Origin: Patescibacteria group bacterium
GTDB taxonomy: Bacteria; Patescibacteriota; Patescibacteriia; 2-01-FULL-39-33
Length of the DNA stretch: 32,000 nucleotides
Assembly: GCA_041649575.1 (NCBI GenBank)
Contig: JBAZMW010000001.1
Span: forward strand, 120,001 to 152,000
Direction: 5' to 3'
Made by a program: the position numbers and the translations under genes. Shown here one piece after another: positions 6,735 through 16,533 of the stretch. Within the stretch, counting starts at the first letter, position 1, and the number at the start of each line of letters is the position of its first letter. A model generated the notes under the pieces. The model was given only the letters and a program-made list of their open reading frames with translations, ran no database searches and had not been told where the DNA came from.

Positions 6735-8240
6735 ATGTCAAAATTTTACATCACAACACCCATCTACTACGTAAACGACAAGCCGCATATCGGTCATGCT
6801 TACACCACGATTTCGGCTGATGTTTTGGCGCGTTATCACCGTCTGAAAGGCGAGGAGGTTTTCTTTTTGACCGGTACCGATGAGCATGGCTCGAAAGTGG
6901 CCCAATCAGCCAGAGCGGCCGAGATGACACCGCAGGAGTTTTGCGACCTGAATGCGGCCAAATTTCAACTTCTCTGGGATCGTCTGGATATTACCAATGA
7001 TTTTTTTATTCGCACCACCAGCCAGGAACATCAAACCAGAGTAAAGAAATTTTTGGAGAAATTAAAAGACAAGGGCGCTCTTTACGAAGGCGAGTACGCC
7101 GGACTCTATTGCACCGGCTGCGAAAAATTCATCACCGAAAAAGAATTGGTTAACGGCAAATGTCCCGACCACAACATCGAGCCGGAAATATTAAAGGAAA
7201 AAAATTATTTTTTCAAATTAAAGGAATATTTGCCTGAAGTGGAAAAATTAATCGACAAAGGAGAACTTAAAATTTTGCCCCAAAGCCGGCACAAGGAAGT
7301 ATTGGGGCTGATTAAGCAGGGGTTGGAAGATTTTTCTATTTCTCGCGAAAGCGTTAAGTGGGGGATAGATTTGCCTTTTGCCAAGGGGCAGGTGGTTTAT
7401 GTCTGGGTGGAAGCGCTTTTAAACTATATTACCGCCTTGGGTTATGGAGAAGCTGGCGACGATTTTAAGAAGTTTTGGCCGGCGGATGTCCATCTAATGG
7501 CTAAAGATATTATTAAATTCCATGCCTTGTATTGGCCGGCGCTCTTGTTGGCGGCCGGTGAACAGCCGCCCAAAGTGATTTTTGCCCATGGGTTTTTCAC
7601 AGTCGATGGACAAAAAATGAGCAAAACACTGGGCAATACCATCGACCCGGACGCTTTGATTGATGAATTTGGAAGTGATGCGGTGCGCTATTTACTGCTG
7701 TCACAATTTCCTTTCGGGATTGATGGCGACGTCAAGGCTGGCAATTTTGCCATTCAATACAACGCCGATTTGGCTAACGGCGTTGGCAATTTGGTCAGCC
7801 GGGTGCTGGCAATGACAGAAAAATATTTTTTTGGCCTGGTTCCCAAGACCCAGGAAAACGAGCTGGCTGAAAAGACAGACATAATTTGGCAAGAATACGA
7901 AGCGGCCATGGAAAATTTTGGCCTTGATAAGGCGGTGGAAACTATTAAAAAACTTAATTCCCTGGCTGATGGTTATATCGAAAAAAATCAGCCTTGGTCT
8001 TTGGCCAAGACTGATTCGGAAAAGCTGGAGACAATCATTTATTCTTTACTAGAGACTATTAGGCAGTTGGCAGTGATGATTTATCCATTAATGCCCAATA
8101 CCGCCGAAAAGATTTTTTCTGGCTTAGGCCTGGGTGATTGGAAAAAACTCGCTTTTAGTGAGTTAAGGGCGAGCCGGATGCTGGCGCCGGGAACCAAAGT
8201 GAATAAAGGCGAACCGCTTTTCCCACGATTGGAGAAATAA
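6735..8240 (+). CDS. metG: Methionine--tRNA ligase (short form, no C-terminal tRNA-binding appendix)
   Basis: Start at ATG 6735 (MSKFYITTPIYYVNDKPHIGHAYT, which is the HIGH motif). KMSKT motif present (QKMSKTLGN). Single zinc knuckle CTGCEKF...GKCPDH. Confidence 0.95.
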   Translation: MSKFYITTPIYYVNDKPHIGHAYTTISADVLARYHRLKGEEVFFLTGTDEHGSKVAQSARAAEMTPQEFCDLNAAKFQLLWDRLDITNDFFIRTTSQEHQTRVKKFLEKLKDKGALYEGEYAGLYCTGCEKFITEKELVNGKCPDHNIEPEILKEKNYFFKLKEYLPEVEKLIDKGELKILPQSRHKEVLGLIKQGLEDFSISRESVKWGIDLPFAKGQVVYVWVEALLNYITALGYGEAGDDFKKFWPADVHLMAKDIIKFHALYWPALLLAAGEQPPKVIFAHGFFTVDGQKMSKTLGNTIDPDALIDEFGSDAVRYLLLSQFPFGIDGDVKAGNFAIQYNADLANGVGNLVSRVLAMTEKYFFGLVPKTQENELAEKTDIIWQEYEAAMENFGLDKAVETIKKLNSLADGYIEKNQPWSLAKTDSEKLETIIYSLLETIRQLAVMIYPLMPNTAEKIFSGLGLGDWKKLAFSELRASRMLAPGTKVNKGEPLFPRLEK

Positions 8241-8266
8241 TTGATTTAATAATAAATTAACAAGGG

Positions 8267-8758
8267 ATGATTTTTACCTTGATCGACGTGATTTTGGTGG
8301 TGGTAGTGGTGGTTTTTGCCGTGATCGGGCTGATGATGGGACTGATAGAGGCGATAGGTGCTTTAATAGGAGTGATCGCTGGCGCTTGGCTGGCCAGTAA
8401 TTATTTTTTGAATGTCGCCGATTGGCTGACGCCGATTCTGCTAGGCCACTCTGGCGCGGCTAAAATCATTGCTTTTTTGGTGATTTTTATTATCGTCAAC
8501 AGATTAGTGGGATTGATTTTTTGGCTGTTAAGTCGTTTTTTGAAACTACTCTCGATAATTCCTTTCTTAAAGTCGATTAATAAAATAGGCGGTTTCATTT
8601 TGGGTTTGGGTGAAGGCGTTTTGGCGACCGGACTGATGGTTTATGTTATCGTAAAGTTTTTGCCGGATCAGTCGGCGCTATTGGCCGGCTTCAATGGTTC
8701 AAGAGTCGCCCACTTGCTGGTTTGGGCCACGCAATTTCTCACTAATTTAATGCCCTGA
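8267..8758 (+). CDS. cvpA: CvpA-family membrane protein
   Basis: 163 aa with 4 predicted TM helices. The N-terminus IFTLIDVILVVVVVVFAVIGLMMGLIEAIGALIG is typical of CvpA. Confidence 0.7.
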   Translation: MIFTLIDVILVVVVVVFAVIGLMMGLIEAIGALIGVIAGAWLASNYFLNVADWLTPILLGHSGAAKIIAFLVIFIIVNRLVGLIFWLLSRFLKLLSIIPFLKSINKIGGFILGLGEGVLATGLMVYVIVKFLPDQSALLAGFNGSRVAHLLVWATQFLTNLMP

Positions 8759-9591
8759 TGCTGGTAGATTCTCACGCCCATTTAAATTTTAAGGCCTTTG
8801 ATGATGATTTGGAAGAGGTAGTCGGCCGTTGCCGCAATCGAGAGATGAAGGTCGTCAATGTGGGCTCACAATTTATTACCTCCCTGAAAGCCATTAAGAT
8901 CGCTAAGGATTATGATGGTTTTTTTGCAGCCGTTGGCATTCATCCGATCCATTTAGGAGAACATAGTCAAGACCAATTAGAGGAAGCGCAGCAGCAAGAA
9001 ACGGCCAGCGCCGGAGAAGAGTTTGCCAAAATAAGAGAGTTGGTCAAGGAAAAAAAGGTGATAGCTGTCGGCGAGACTGGCCTGGATTATTTCCGGCTGG
9101 CTGGTGATAAGGAAAAAACCAAAGAATTGCAAAGGGAGTATTTTATCAAACACCTTGAACTGGCCAAGGAAAACAAACTGCCGGTAATCTTGCATTGTCG
9201 TGGCAGCGAGGATAGCCCCAGAGACGCCTATAAAGAGGTTTTGGAGATTATCAAAGGCAGAGAGCCAAGGGGCGTGCTTCATTGCTTTGGAGCCGATTGG
9301 GAAACGGCCAGCGAGTTTGTGGCTCGGGGAATACTGGTGGGTTTTACGGGCATTGTCACTTTCAAAAAAAAGGCGGAAGAGTTGCAAGAGGTAGCCCGGC
9401 GGGTACCCTTAAAAAATATTTTAATTGAAACCGACTCTCCCTATTTGGCTCCCGAACCGCATCGGGGCGAGCGTAATGAGCCGGTTTATGTGGAAGATGT
9501 GGCCCGAAAGATCGCCGAACTCAGAGAATTAGATTTGGAAGAAGTGATAAGTGTTACGGCAAAAAATGCCCAGGAATTATTTAATATCTAA
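8758..9591 (+). CDS. tatD: TatD-family metal-dependent hydrolase/DNase
   Basis: MLVDSHAHLNF (HxH), GETGLDY, ILHCR, LHCF and IETDSPYLAP motifs. The start overlaps the cvpA stop (TGATG). Confidence 0.9.
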   Translation: MLVDSHAHLNFKAFDDDLEEVVGRCRNREMKVVNVGSQFITSLKAIKIAKDYDGFFAAVGIHPIHLGEHSQDQLEEAQQQETASAGEEFAKIRELVKEKKVIAVGETGLDYFRLAGDKEKTKELQREYFIKHLELAKENKLPVILHCRGSEDSPRDAYKEVLEIIKGREPRGVLHCFGADWETASEFVARGILVGFTGIVTFKKKAEELQEVARRVPLKNILIETDSPYLAPEPHRGERNEPVYVEDVARKIAELRELDLEEVISVTAKNAQELFNI

Positions 9592-9600
9592 ACTGCCGAG

Positions 9601-11193
9601 ATGTTCAAGAATAAAAAAATATTAATTATAATTATCTTAGCGGTAGTTTTGTTTTTCGTTTATGCCTGCCCCTATTTTGAGCTGCGGCCGCAGACCGATA
9701 CAGGCGAGATGTGGATTTTTAATACGCCGGACGAAATGGCTAATTATTTTTTTATCGCCAATTTTAATAATAACAGTGAGTTAAAAGTCAGCGAACCCCT
9801 GAATAACCTTGTCGGCAGTTTGAATATCGTGCATCCGCGCAGTATGCAAGTGGCTAGCGGCAATTTGGTCCCGGGAAATTTTTTGGGTTTCATTTTAATC
9901 TTGGGGTGGCTGGCCAAAATTTTTGGTTTGGCCTCGGTGCCTTTTATTATCCCATTTTTTTCTTTACTGGCCATCATTTGTTTTTATCTGATACTAAAAA
10001 GTTTTTTCGAAGAAAAGATCGCTTTTTGGTCGGCTTTGCTGCTGATGATCTTGCCGGCTTTTTGGTATTACAGCTCACGGTCGTTGTTTAATAACGTTCT
10101 ATTTTTGGATTTTTTGATCATCGGTTTTTATCTGCTAGTCAGGTTTTCAAATAAAAAAAATGTTGTTAACTTGGTGGTGGCCGGCTTACTGATTGGCTCG
10201 GCCCTGACAATGAGGACTGCCGATCTGGCTTGGGTGGGCCTGTTGTTGATTTTATTTTGCTGGTTTCGGCGGCGAGAGATCGGCTGGCCCTATTGGTTGC
10301 TTTTAATCGTCTTGATTTTCGTGCCATTTCTGCCGATATTGTTTTATCAGCTTCAGCTCTATGGCGGGGCGTTGGCAACTGGTTATAGCCTGAAAGCTCA
10401 AGCCGTCGGTAGCTTTTGGCTACTTCATACTGCCCAAAAATTTCTTTTGCCCTTCGGCTTCAGTTTAAAAAATATTTTTTATAATTTTTATTTTTATTTT
10501 ATCAAGATGTTCTGGTGGTATTTCTGGCCTGGCCTTTTGGGCGGACTAACTCTGATCTACCAGTGGCTGAAAGGCAGGTTAACGTTAGAGAAAAAGAGGT
10601 ATTTTGTTTTATTTGTTTTGGTTTCACTATTTATCTTGTTGTATTACGGTTCGTGGTTTTTCTTTAATAATTTAATGGGCAAGGCGCTGATTGGCTCATC
10701 GCAGACTCGCTATTTGTTGCCAATTTATATTTTATCGTTACCGCTAGCCGTTTATGGCTTTGATAAGGTCTTACAATTTATAAAAATTATTTATTTAAAA
10801 AAAATCATTTTTTTGTTAATAGCGGTGATAATGATATTTTTTTCGGTTCGCGTGGTGTGGACTAGTGGCGAGGAGAGTCTGGGCAGTGTTATTAAAACGG
10901 TAAAGAGCTATCAGCAGATAAACAAAGAAGTGAGAAGACTGACCGAGAATAACGCCATTATTGTTTCTAGCTATAACGACAAAGTATTTTTTCCCCAGCG
11001 CAAAGTAATTTACTATTGGCAAGAGCCGCAGTTTTTGGCAAGCATAAGTTTGTTCATGAAGGAGGCGCCGGTGTATTTGTATAGCATTAATGGCCCGGCC
11101 GATGAGAATTATATTAAGAGCAATTCACAGCTGAAGCTGGAATTGGTAAAAAAAATTAATGCCAGCGAGACGCTCTATAAATTAACTAATTAA
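9601..11193 (+). CDS. Polytopic GT-C-fold glycosyltransferase (ArnT/PMT-like)
   Basis: 530 aa with more than 10 TM helices. An acidic motif lies in the first extracytoplasmic loop (NTPDEMANYFF), and there is a soluble C-terminal domain. The family call rests on architecture only. Confidence 0.5.
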   Translation: MFKNKKILIIIILAVVLFFVYACPYFELRPQTDTGEMWIFNTPDEMANYFFIANFNNNSELKVSEPLNNLVGSLNIVHPRSMQVASGNLVPGNFLGFILILGWLAKIFGLASVPFIIPFFSLLAIICFYLILKSFFEEKIAFWSALLLMILPAFWYYSSRSLFNNVLFLDFLIIGFYLLVRFSNKKNVVNLVVAGLLIGSALTMRTADLAWVGLLLILFCWFRRREIGWPYWLLLIVLIFVPFLPILFYQLQLYGGALATGYSLKAQAVGSFWLLHTAQKFLLPFGFSLKNIFYNFYFYFIKMFWWYFWPGLLGGLTLIYQWLKGRLTLEKKRYFVLFVLVSLFILLYYGSWFFFNNLMGKALIGSSQTRYLLPIYILSLPLAVYGFDKVLQFIKIIYLKKIIFLLIAVIMIFFSVRVVWTSGEESLGSVIKTVKSYQQINKEVRRLTENNAIIVSSYNDKVFFPQRKVIYYWQEPQFLASISLFMKEAPVYLYSINGPADENYIKSNSQLKLELVKKINASETLYKLTN

Positions 11194-11208
11194 TAATTTA
11201 TATGATTT

Positions 11209-11616
11209 ATGGACGATTGTCTTTTTTGTAAAATTATCAGAGGAGAGATACCGGCCAGCAAAGTTTATGAGGACGAGGAAGTGGTGGCTTTTTTGGATAT
11301 TTTTCCGGTAAACCCTGGACACACCCTGGTGCTGCCCAAAGTTCATGGTGCTGGTTTTTTGGAATTGCAAAACGAGCTGATTTCCAAAATAATGATGGTA
11401 ATCAAAAAAATTACGCCAGCGATTCTGGCCGGCGTTGATGCAAAGGATTTTAATTTTGGCTTAAATAACGGCGCTCTGGCCGGCCAGGCGATAGCCCACG
11501 TGCATTGGCATATTATGCCGCGATTTGAGGGGGACGGGCACAAGCTTTTTGCCGGCAGACAATACGAGCCGGGCCAGGCGGAGGCGGTACTGAAAAGAAT
11601 AAAAGAAAATTTATAG
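11209..11616 (+). CDS. HIT-family (histidine triad) nucleotide hydrolase
   Basis: 135 aa. CLFCKII, DIFPVNPGHTLV and the triad HVHWHIMPR. Confidence 0.9.
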   Translation: MDDCLFCKIIRGEIPASKVYEDEEVVAFLDIFPVNPGHTLVLPKVHGAGFLELQNELISKIMMVIKKITPAILAGVDAKDFNFGLNNGALAGQAIAHVHWHIMPRFEGDGHKLFAGRQYEPGQAEAVLKRIKENL

Positions 11617-11635
11617 AGGAGCTGTCAGTTGAACG

Positions 11636-11670
11636 AAAACAACCCCCGATTAAGCGAGGGTTGTTTTTCA
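11636..11670. terminator. Bidirectional rho-independent terminator
   Basis: AAAACAACCC (11636-11645), 12-nt loop, GGGTTGTTTT (11658-11667). It lies between the convergent HIT and PEGA genes. Confidence 0.65.
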
Positions 11671-11675
11671 AATAA

Positions 11676-12992
11676 CTATTTTATGTTGATTTTGAAAATG
11701 CCAGCCTGGTCGTTAAAAGTGCCGGCGAGATAAAGGTTGCTACCGCTGCTGTCGCTGGCCAGATAGTCAAGCCGTTCTAGATCAATAAGATCGGTAATAT
11801 TTCTGAGTTCGCGGTTGTCTAGCTCGATGATTCTGATTTTATTATTTTCAGTAAAAATCAAATGGCGGCCAAGAGGATGCCAGAGCGCCTGTTTAATCGG
11901 CTGTCCTAAGCGAGTAATTAGTTCCGGTTCGTTTTTTTTGTTTTCATAAATCCAAAGTTCCCATTGATTGCTAAGTAAGAGAGAACCGTCTTTTAACCAA
12001 TCAATTTGTCCGCTGTCAAGTTTGATTAGGGGATCAATCTGGTCGGGGTCGGCAATGAAGGTTTTTTGCGCTTTTTTATCGAGTAAAATTACCTTAGGAA
12101 AATAACGATTGGCAAAAAGACAATCATCGCACCTGACCTCTTCCAGGAATTCGGGATTTTGGCCGTTGGGTTGGACTTTATTGAGTTTTTGGTCCTTGAA
12201 GGAATAATACTGCCCATCAAGAAAAAGAAAATCTCTGATGCCGGTGTCGGCATATAACAATTTTTCTTGGCCGCTGAAGAGATCAATCTGCCAAGCGCCT
12301 TGCTCGTTAAGGCCATAAAGCAGGTTGTCATTTTCTAGATCCCATTTCATCAACCGGTATTTCTGGCCAGAAATCTTAAATGGAGTCTTATTGATTTTTT
12401 GCTCAATAGTGTAAACCAGGTAGTCGCCAGTCTGGTCTGGTGACGTTTTGACTAATATTTTTTTGCTGGTATTAGACCAGCCTTCAAGAGAAACTGTGGA
12501 ATATTGGCTTAAATCCGCCAGCGGTAACAGTTTACCATCACTAAAATCTAAAAACAGTAATTGGTTTTTGTTGATAATGGCGGCTTTTTTTTGATCGGGA
12601 GCTGTCAGCCAGTCGCTGGGAGAGACCGAGCTTAAACTCACTGGCTGACTATTTTTCCAAAGAATTATTTTTTCTGCGAAAGTGGTAGAATTTTCCAAAA
12701 CAGTCAATTTTTTTTGCCAGTCGTGATAGCCGTCTTTGGTTAGCTTGACTTCGTAATCGCCGGGTAGAATATTTTCCAATCTGGCGGGGGTAGTGTTTGG
12801 GAACGGTTCGCCATTTAGATAAATATTGGCGCGGCGAGGCAGAGAGCTAATAATAAAAATACCAGTTTTTTGGACGCGGCTTTTTTTGAGGTTGTAGCGG
12901 TAACCTTGGGTATAAAGAATTACCGCTGGCGCGGCCAACAAAAAAACGACTATAAAAAAAACATAAATCAGACGACGATGGAAAAGAGTCAT
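11676..12992 (-). CDS. Membrane-anchored PEGA-domain protein with a C-terminal beta-propeller-like region
   Basis: 438 aa with an N-terminal TM helix. PEGA domain: SSLPRRANIYLNGEPFPNTTPARLENILPGDYEVKLTKDGYHDWQ. The remainder has repetitive beta-strand-like blocks, TolB/WD40-like by pattern only. Confidence 0.65.
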   Translation of the reverse strand: MTLFHRRLIYVFFIVVFLLAAPAVILYTQGYRYNLKKSRVQKTGIFIISSLPRRANIYLNGEPFPNTTPARLENILPGDYEVKLTKDGYHDWQKKLTVLENSTTFAEKIILWKNSQPVSLSSVSPSDWLTAPDQKKAAIINKNQLLFLDFSDGKLLPLADLSQYSTVSLEGWSNTSKKILVKTSPDQTGDYLVYTIEQKINKTPFKISGQKYRLMKWDLENDNLLYGLNEQGAWQIDLFSGQEKLLYADTGIRDFLFLDGQYYSFKDQKLNKVQPNGQNPEFLEEVRCDDCLFANRYFPKVILLDKKAQKTFIADPDQIDPLIKLDSGQIDWLKDGSLLLSNQWELWIYENKKNEPELITRLGQPIKQALWHPLGRHLIFTENNKIRIIELDNRELRNITDLIDLERLDYLASDSSGSNLYLAGTFNDQAGIFKINIK

Positions 12993-12994
12993 AA

Positions 12995-14254
12995 TTAATC
13001 GTTAATTTTTTCTATTCTGGCGCCAAGATTTTTTAGGCGTTCAACGATATTTTCGTAACCCCGCTCGATTTGGTAGACGTTTTCGATGACGGTCTGTCCC
13101 TCGGCAGCCAAGCCGGCCAGCAGCAGGGCCATGCCGGCGCGCAAGTCCGGACTTTCCAGTTTTTTGCCATAAAGCTGGGTGGGGCCGCTGACAATTACGC
13201 GATGCGGATCGCACATAATAATATTGGCTCCCATTTGCACCAGTTTATCGGTATAAAATAGCCGGCCGTCATAAATCATTTCATGAATCAAGCTTTGGCC
13301 GCTGGCCTGGGTCATAAGTACGGTAAACGGTGCTTGGAGATCGGTGGGGAAGCCGGGATATTCGTGAGTGCGCAATTCCGTGCCGCAGAATTTACTGGTG
13401 TTGGTGGCAATATAATCGGAGCCGATTTCCAAATTAGCGCCGGCTTTTTTCAGGGTCAGAAGCACGGTTTCTAAGTGGTCGGGGCGACAGTTGGTGACAG
13501 AAATTTTACTGTTGGTGAGCAGCCCCATAATTACCAGCGAGCCGGCCTCGATACGATCGGGTAGCAATTGATGCTCACCGCCGCCGATTTTTTCAACGCC
13601 TTCAATGGTAATTTCCGGAGTGCCGGCGCCAGAAATTTTGGCGCCGCAGGAGTTAAGATAATCGGCCAGGGCCGGGATCTCCGGTTCCATGGCGGCATTA
13701 ATAATTTTAGTGGTGCCTTTGGCCAGGCAAGCGGTCATCATCATGCTTTCGGTGACGGTGACGGAAATCCAGGGCAGAACGATTTTGGCGCCGCGCAAAT
13801 CCTTGGCCTTAAGGGTATAGAAGCCATTGTCTCGATTTTCATAGATAGTAGCGCCCAAAGCCTTAAAGCCGTCGAGAAACATACCTATCGGGCGTTTGCC
13901 GATAATGCAGCCGCCCGGGTGAGTGAGCGTGACTTCGCCAAAACGAGCCAGGAGCGGCCCGGCTACCATAATCGAAGAACGTAATTTTTTGGCCAGTTCC
14001 GGATCGGCTGAAGTTTTACTTAAGTTTTTTGGTTCAATGGTCAGTCGGTGGTCTTGGCGCTCGATCTTGGCTCCTAAATTAGCCATGATTTCCACCAAAC
14101 GGTTTATATCTTCGATATTGGGGAGATTGGTGATGGTGCAGGGCTCTTCAGACAATAAAGAAGCAGCTAAAATTTTTAAAGCGGCATTTTTTGCTCCGGA
14201 AACGGCAATTTTGCCGCCCAGCGGCCGACCGCCTTGGATTAGATATTTTTCCAT
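12995..14254 (-). CDS. murA: UDP-N-acetylglucosamine 1-carboxyvinyltransferase
   Basis: Start at ATG 14254 (MEKYLIQGGRPLGGKIAVSGAKNAALK). Active-site loop THPGGCIIGKRPI. EPSP-synthase fold throughout. Confidence 0.95.
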   Translation of the reverse strand: MEKYLIQGGRPLGGKIAVSGAKNAALKILAASLLSEEPCTITNLPNIEDINRLVEIMANLGAKIERQDHRLTIEPKNLSKTSADPELAKKLRSSIMVAGPLLARFGEVTLTHPGGCIIGKRPIGMFLDGFKALGATIYENRDNGFYTLKAKDLRGAKIVLPWISVTVTESMMMTACLAKGTTKIINAAMEPEIPALADYLNSCGAKISGAGTPEITIEGVEKIGGGEHQLLPDRIEAGSLVIMGLLTNSKISVTNCRPDHLETVLLTLKKAGANLEIGSDYIATNTSKFCGTELRTHEYPGFPTDLQAPFTVLMTQASGQSLIHEMIYDGRLFYTDKLVQMGANIIMCDPHRVIVSGPTQLYGKKLESPDLRAGMALLLAGLAAEGQTVIENVYQIERGYENIVERLKNLGARIEKIND

Positions 14255-14334
14255 ATAAATTGAAATTTTTGACTTTTTCATTATAGCAATTTAAACCGGC
14301 TTTGATAAGTCCCCGGACTTTTGCCAAAACGATT

Positions 14335-14362
14335 TTGCTAAAAGCCTTTTTTCTGTTAAAAT
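14335..14362 (+). promoter_or_regulatory. Candidate promoter of the ctpA-acyP-rplI run
   Basis: TTGCTA (14335-14340), 16 nt, TAAAAT (14357-14362). Confidence 0.35.
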
Positions 14363-14401
14363 GTTATTAATTATTATTAAGTTGTAAATCGTATTGATTT
14401 T

Positions 14402-15679
14402 ATGGAAAAGGATTTTGATTCCCAGCTCAAAACAGGAAATCGTTGGCAGTTTCCCTGGTGGCTGGTGGCAATTTTTATTTTGGTTGCCTTTGGCTTCGGC
14501 TTTTTGAGCGCCAGCGATGTTTTTTCGCCAGCCAGCCAAAAAGTAATTAAAGGTATTAGTCCAGAGCAAGCCAGCTCGACTCCCGGCCAGCTCAAAAATG
14601 CCGAGGGCAATCTGCCGGAATATCTTACCAAAGACGTTGATTTTAAATTGTTTTGGGAGGTTTGGAATTTGGTAAAAGACAAATATTACGACAAAAATAT
14701 TCCGGAAACCCAGATGTTTTATGGCGCTTTGGCGGGGATAGTGGCTTCTTTAAAGGATCCTTATTCGGTATTTATGACCGCCCAGGATACCGACCAATTC
14801 ACGGAAGAATTAAAAGGTAATTTTGAAGGCATTGGCATAGAGATAGGCGTTAGAAATAATCTTTTGACAGTAATGGCGCCTTTGCCCGATACCCCGGCCT
14901 CGAGAGCCGGACTAAGGGCAGGAGACGTTATTCTAAAAATCGACAAGCTTGATGCCGCCAGTATCAGCTTGGATAAAGCGGTTAGCTTGATTCGCGGCAA
15001 GAGAGGAACAGAAGTAGCCCTGACCATCACCAGGCATAATTTTAAGGAGCCAAAGGAAATAAAAATTGTCAGAGAGGCGATAACCGTAAAGAGCATAGCT
15101 CTGGAATGGAAAGATGACGTGGCTTATATCAAAGTGCGGCAGTTCAACGATGACACGATACCGCTTTTTGACCAAGCGATAGTAGAAATTTATAAAAAGA
15201 AAAATGTAAAGGGAGTTATTTTGGACTTACGAAATGATCCCGGCGGTTATTTGCAGTCGGCCATTGATATGGCTGGCGAATGGACTAATGGCGAAGTGGT
15301 GGTCTTGGAAAAAATGCGCGACGGCAGCGAGATCAAACATCGTTCCAGCCGTCAGGCCAGATTGACCAAATACCAAACCGTCGTTTTGGTTAATGGCGGC
15401 AGCGCCTCCGGCTCGGAAATAGTGGCCGGCGCTTTGCAAGACTTGAAAAAAGCGACGATTGTCGGAGAAAAAAGTTTTGGCAAGGGCTCGGTGCAAGACC
15501 TGACTAATTTGAGCGACGGCTCTTCCATCAAGCTGACTATTGCCAAATGGTTTACGCCCAGCGGCCGCTCCATAGAAGAAGCGGGTATTGAGCCGGATAT
15601 CAAGATAGAACTGTCCGATGAAGACTACAACAATAATCGTGACCCACAACTAGATAAGGCCCTGGAGATGCTAAGGTAG
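14402..15679 (+). CDS. ctpA: S41 carboxy-terminal processing peptidase with PDZ domain
   Basis: 425 aa with an N-terminal TM helix. PDZ region (PASRAGLRAGDVILKID). Catalytic Ser in NGGSASGSEIVAGALQD and Lys in GEKSFGKGSVQ. Confidence 0.9.
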   Translation: MEKDFDSQLKTGNRWQFPWWLVAIFILVAFGFGFLSASDVFSPASQKVIKGISPEQASSTPGQLKNAEGNLPEYLTKDVDFKLFWEVWNLVKDKYYDKNIPETQMFYGALAGIVASLKDPYSVFMTAQDTDQFTEELKGNFEGIGIEIGVRNNLLTVMAPLPDTPASRAGLRAGDVILKIDKLDAASISLDKAVSLIRGKRGTEVALTITRHNFKEPKEIKIVREAITVKSIALEWKDDVAYIKVRQFNDDTIPLFDQAIVEIYKKKNVKGVILDLRNDPGGYLQSAIDMAGEWTNGEVVVLEKMRDGSEIKHRSSRQARLTKYQTVVLVNGGSASGSEIVAGALQDLKKATIVGEKSFGKGSVQDLTNLSDGSSIKLTIAKWFTPSGRSIEEAGIEPDIKIELSDEDYNNNRDPQLDKALEMLR

Positions 15680-15683
15680 TTTT

Positions 15684-15959
15684 ATGGAGAAAAGATTGGA
15701 GCTAAAAATAGAAGGCAGAGTGCAGGGTGTGGGTTTCCGGTTTGCGGCTCTTAGGAAGGCGCGGGAGCTGGGGCTGAAAGGCTGGGTGAAAAACGATTTC
15801 AATGGCAGCGTGGAAATAGTCGCCGAAGGGGTTGACGAAAATTTGAAAGAGCTTTTGGACTGGTGTTATAATGGAAGTGAAAATTCACAAGTGGAAGCCG
15901 TGACAGCCAATTGGCGGGCGGCTAATGATGATTTTAAGGAATTTTCAGTTTTAGATTAA
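15684..15959 (+). CDS. acyP: Acylphosphatase
   Basis: 91 aa. The VQGVGFR phosphate-binding loop and GWVKN...GSVE. Confidence 0.85.
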   Translation: MEKRLELKIEGRVQGVGFRFAALRKARELGLKGWVKNDFNGSVEIVAEGVDENLKELLDWCYNGSENSQVEAVTANWRAANDDFKEFSVLD

Positions 15960-15981
15960 AAAATTAATAAGAAATAGGGGA

Positions 15982-16422
15982 ATGAGAGTGATTTTAACCA
16001 AAAAAGTGCCTACTTTGGGAGAAGCCGGCGAGGTTAAAGAGGTGGCTGATGGTTATGCGCGCAATTTTTTGTTTTCCAGGCGTTTGGCGGAGCTGGCAAC
16101 CGAAGAAAATCTGAAAAAATTAGAAGAAAATAACAAGCACAAAGCCAAGCTGGCCGAGAAGGACCTGCTGCTGACCGAACAGCTGGCTGATAGATTAAAT
16201 GGCACGGTGGTAGAAATAGAGGAAAAAGCCAATGAAGTTGGCAAACTATACGCGGCGGTCTCGCCCTCTGCCATTGCCAAAAAATTAAAAGAGCTGGGGC
16301 TGGAGATCAAAAAAAATCAGGTAACGATGCCGGAGCCGATTAAAGAGCTGGGAGAACATCGGGCCTTGATCAACCTGGATCATGGTTTGGAAGTCGAGAT
16401 AACAATTATAGTGAAGGAATAA
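15982..16422 (+). CDS. rplI: 50S ribosomal protein L9
   Basis: 146 aa. [30 protein letters not shown] is the conserved L9 N-domain. A long helix and C-domain follow. Confidence 0.9.
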   Translation: MRVILTKKVPTLGEAGEVKEVADGYARNFLFSRRLAELATEENLKKLEENNKHKAKLAEKDLLLTEQLADRLNGTVVEIEEKANEVGKLYAAVSPSAIAKKLKELGLEIKKNQVTMPEPIKELGEHRALINLDHGLEVEITIIVKE

Positions 16423-16448
16423 ACCTTTGTTTTTTAAGGATAAGAAAT

Positions 16449-16477
16449 AGGGGCCGATGCCCCTTCATTTATTTTTT
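16449..16477 (+). terminator. Rho-independent terminator after rplI
   Basis: AGGGGC, CGAT loop, GCCCCT (16449-16464), followed by TCATTTATTTTTT. Confidence 0.6.
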
Positions 16478-16533
16478 AGGTTTAGTTGATATTGTGTTTA
16501 GTAAAAAATAATTATCGTAAATTTATCATTATT

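Noticed and set aside
13070-14258. Four plus-strand ORFs (13070-13261, 13283-13474, 13568-13984, 13923-14258) of 63-138 aa
   Set aside because: All lie antisense inside murA, whose identity is unambiguous. Their products are Gly/Ala/Arg-rich with no motifs, which is typical of shadow ORFs.
14291-14682. Minus-strand ORFs of 92 and 101 aa across the murA-ctpA intergenic region and the ctpA 5' end
   Set aside because: They span a divergent promoter region and overlap the well-supported ctpA start. The remaining nested antisense ORFs in the track (for example 3060-3476, 9744-9977, 15227-15649, 23560-23861, 24773-25114, 27450-27916, 28578-28939) are rejected for the same reason.
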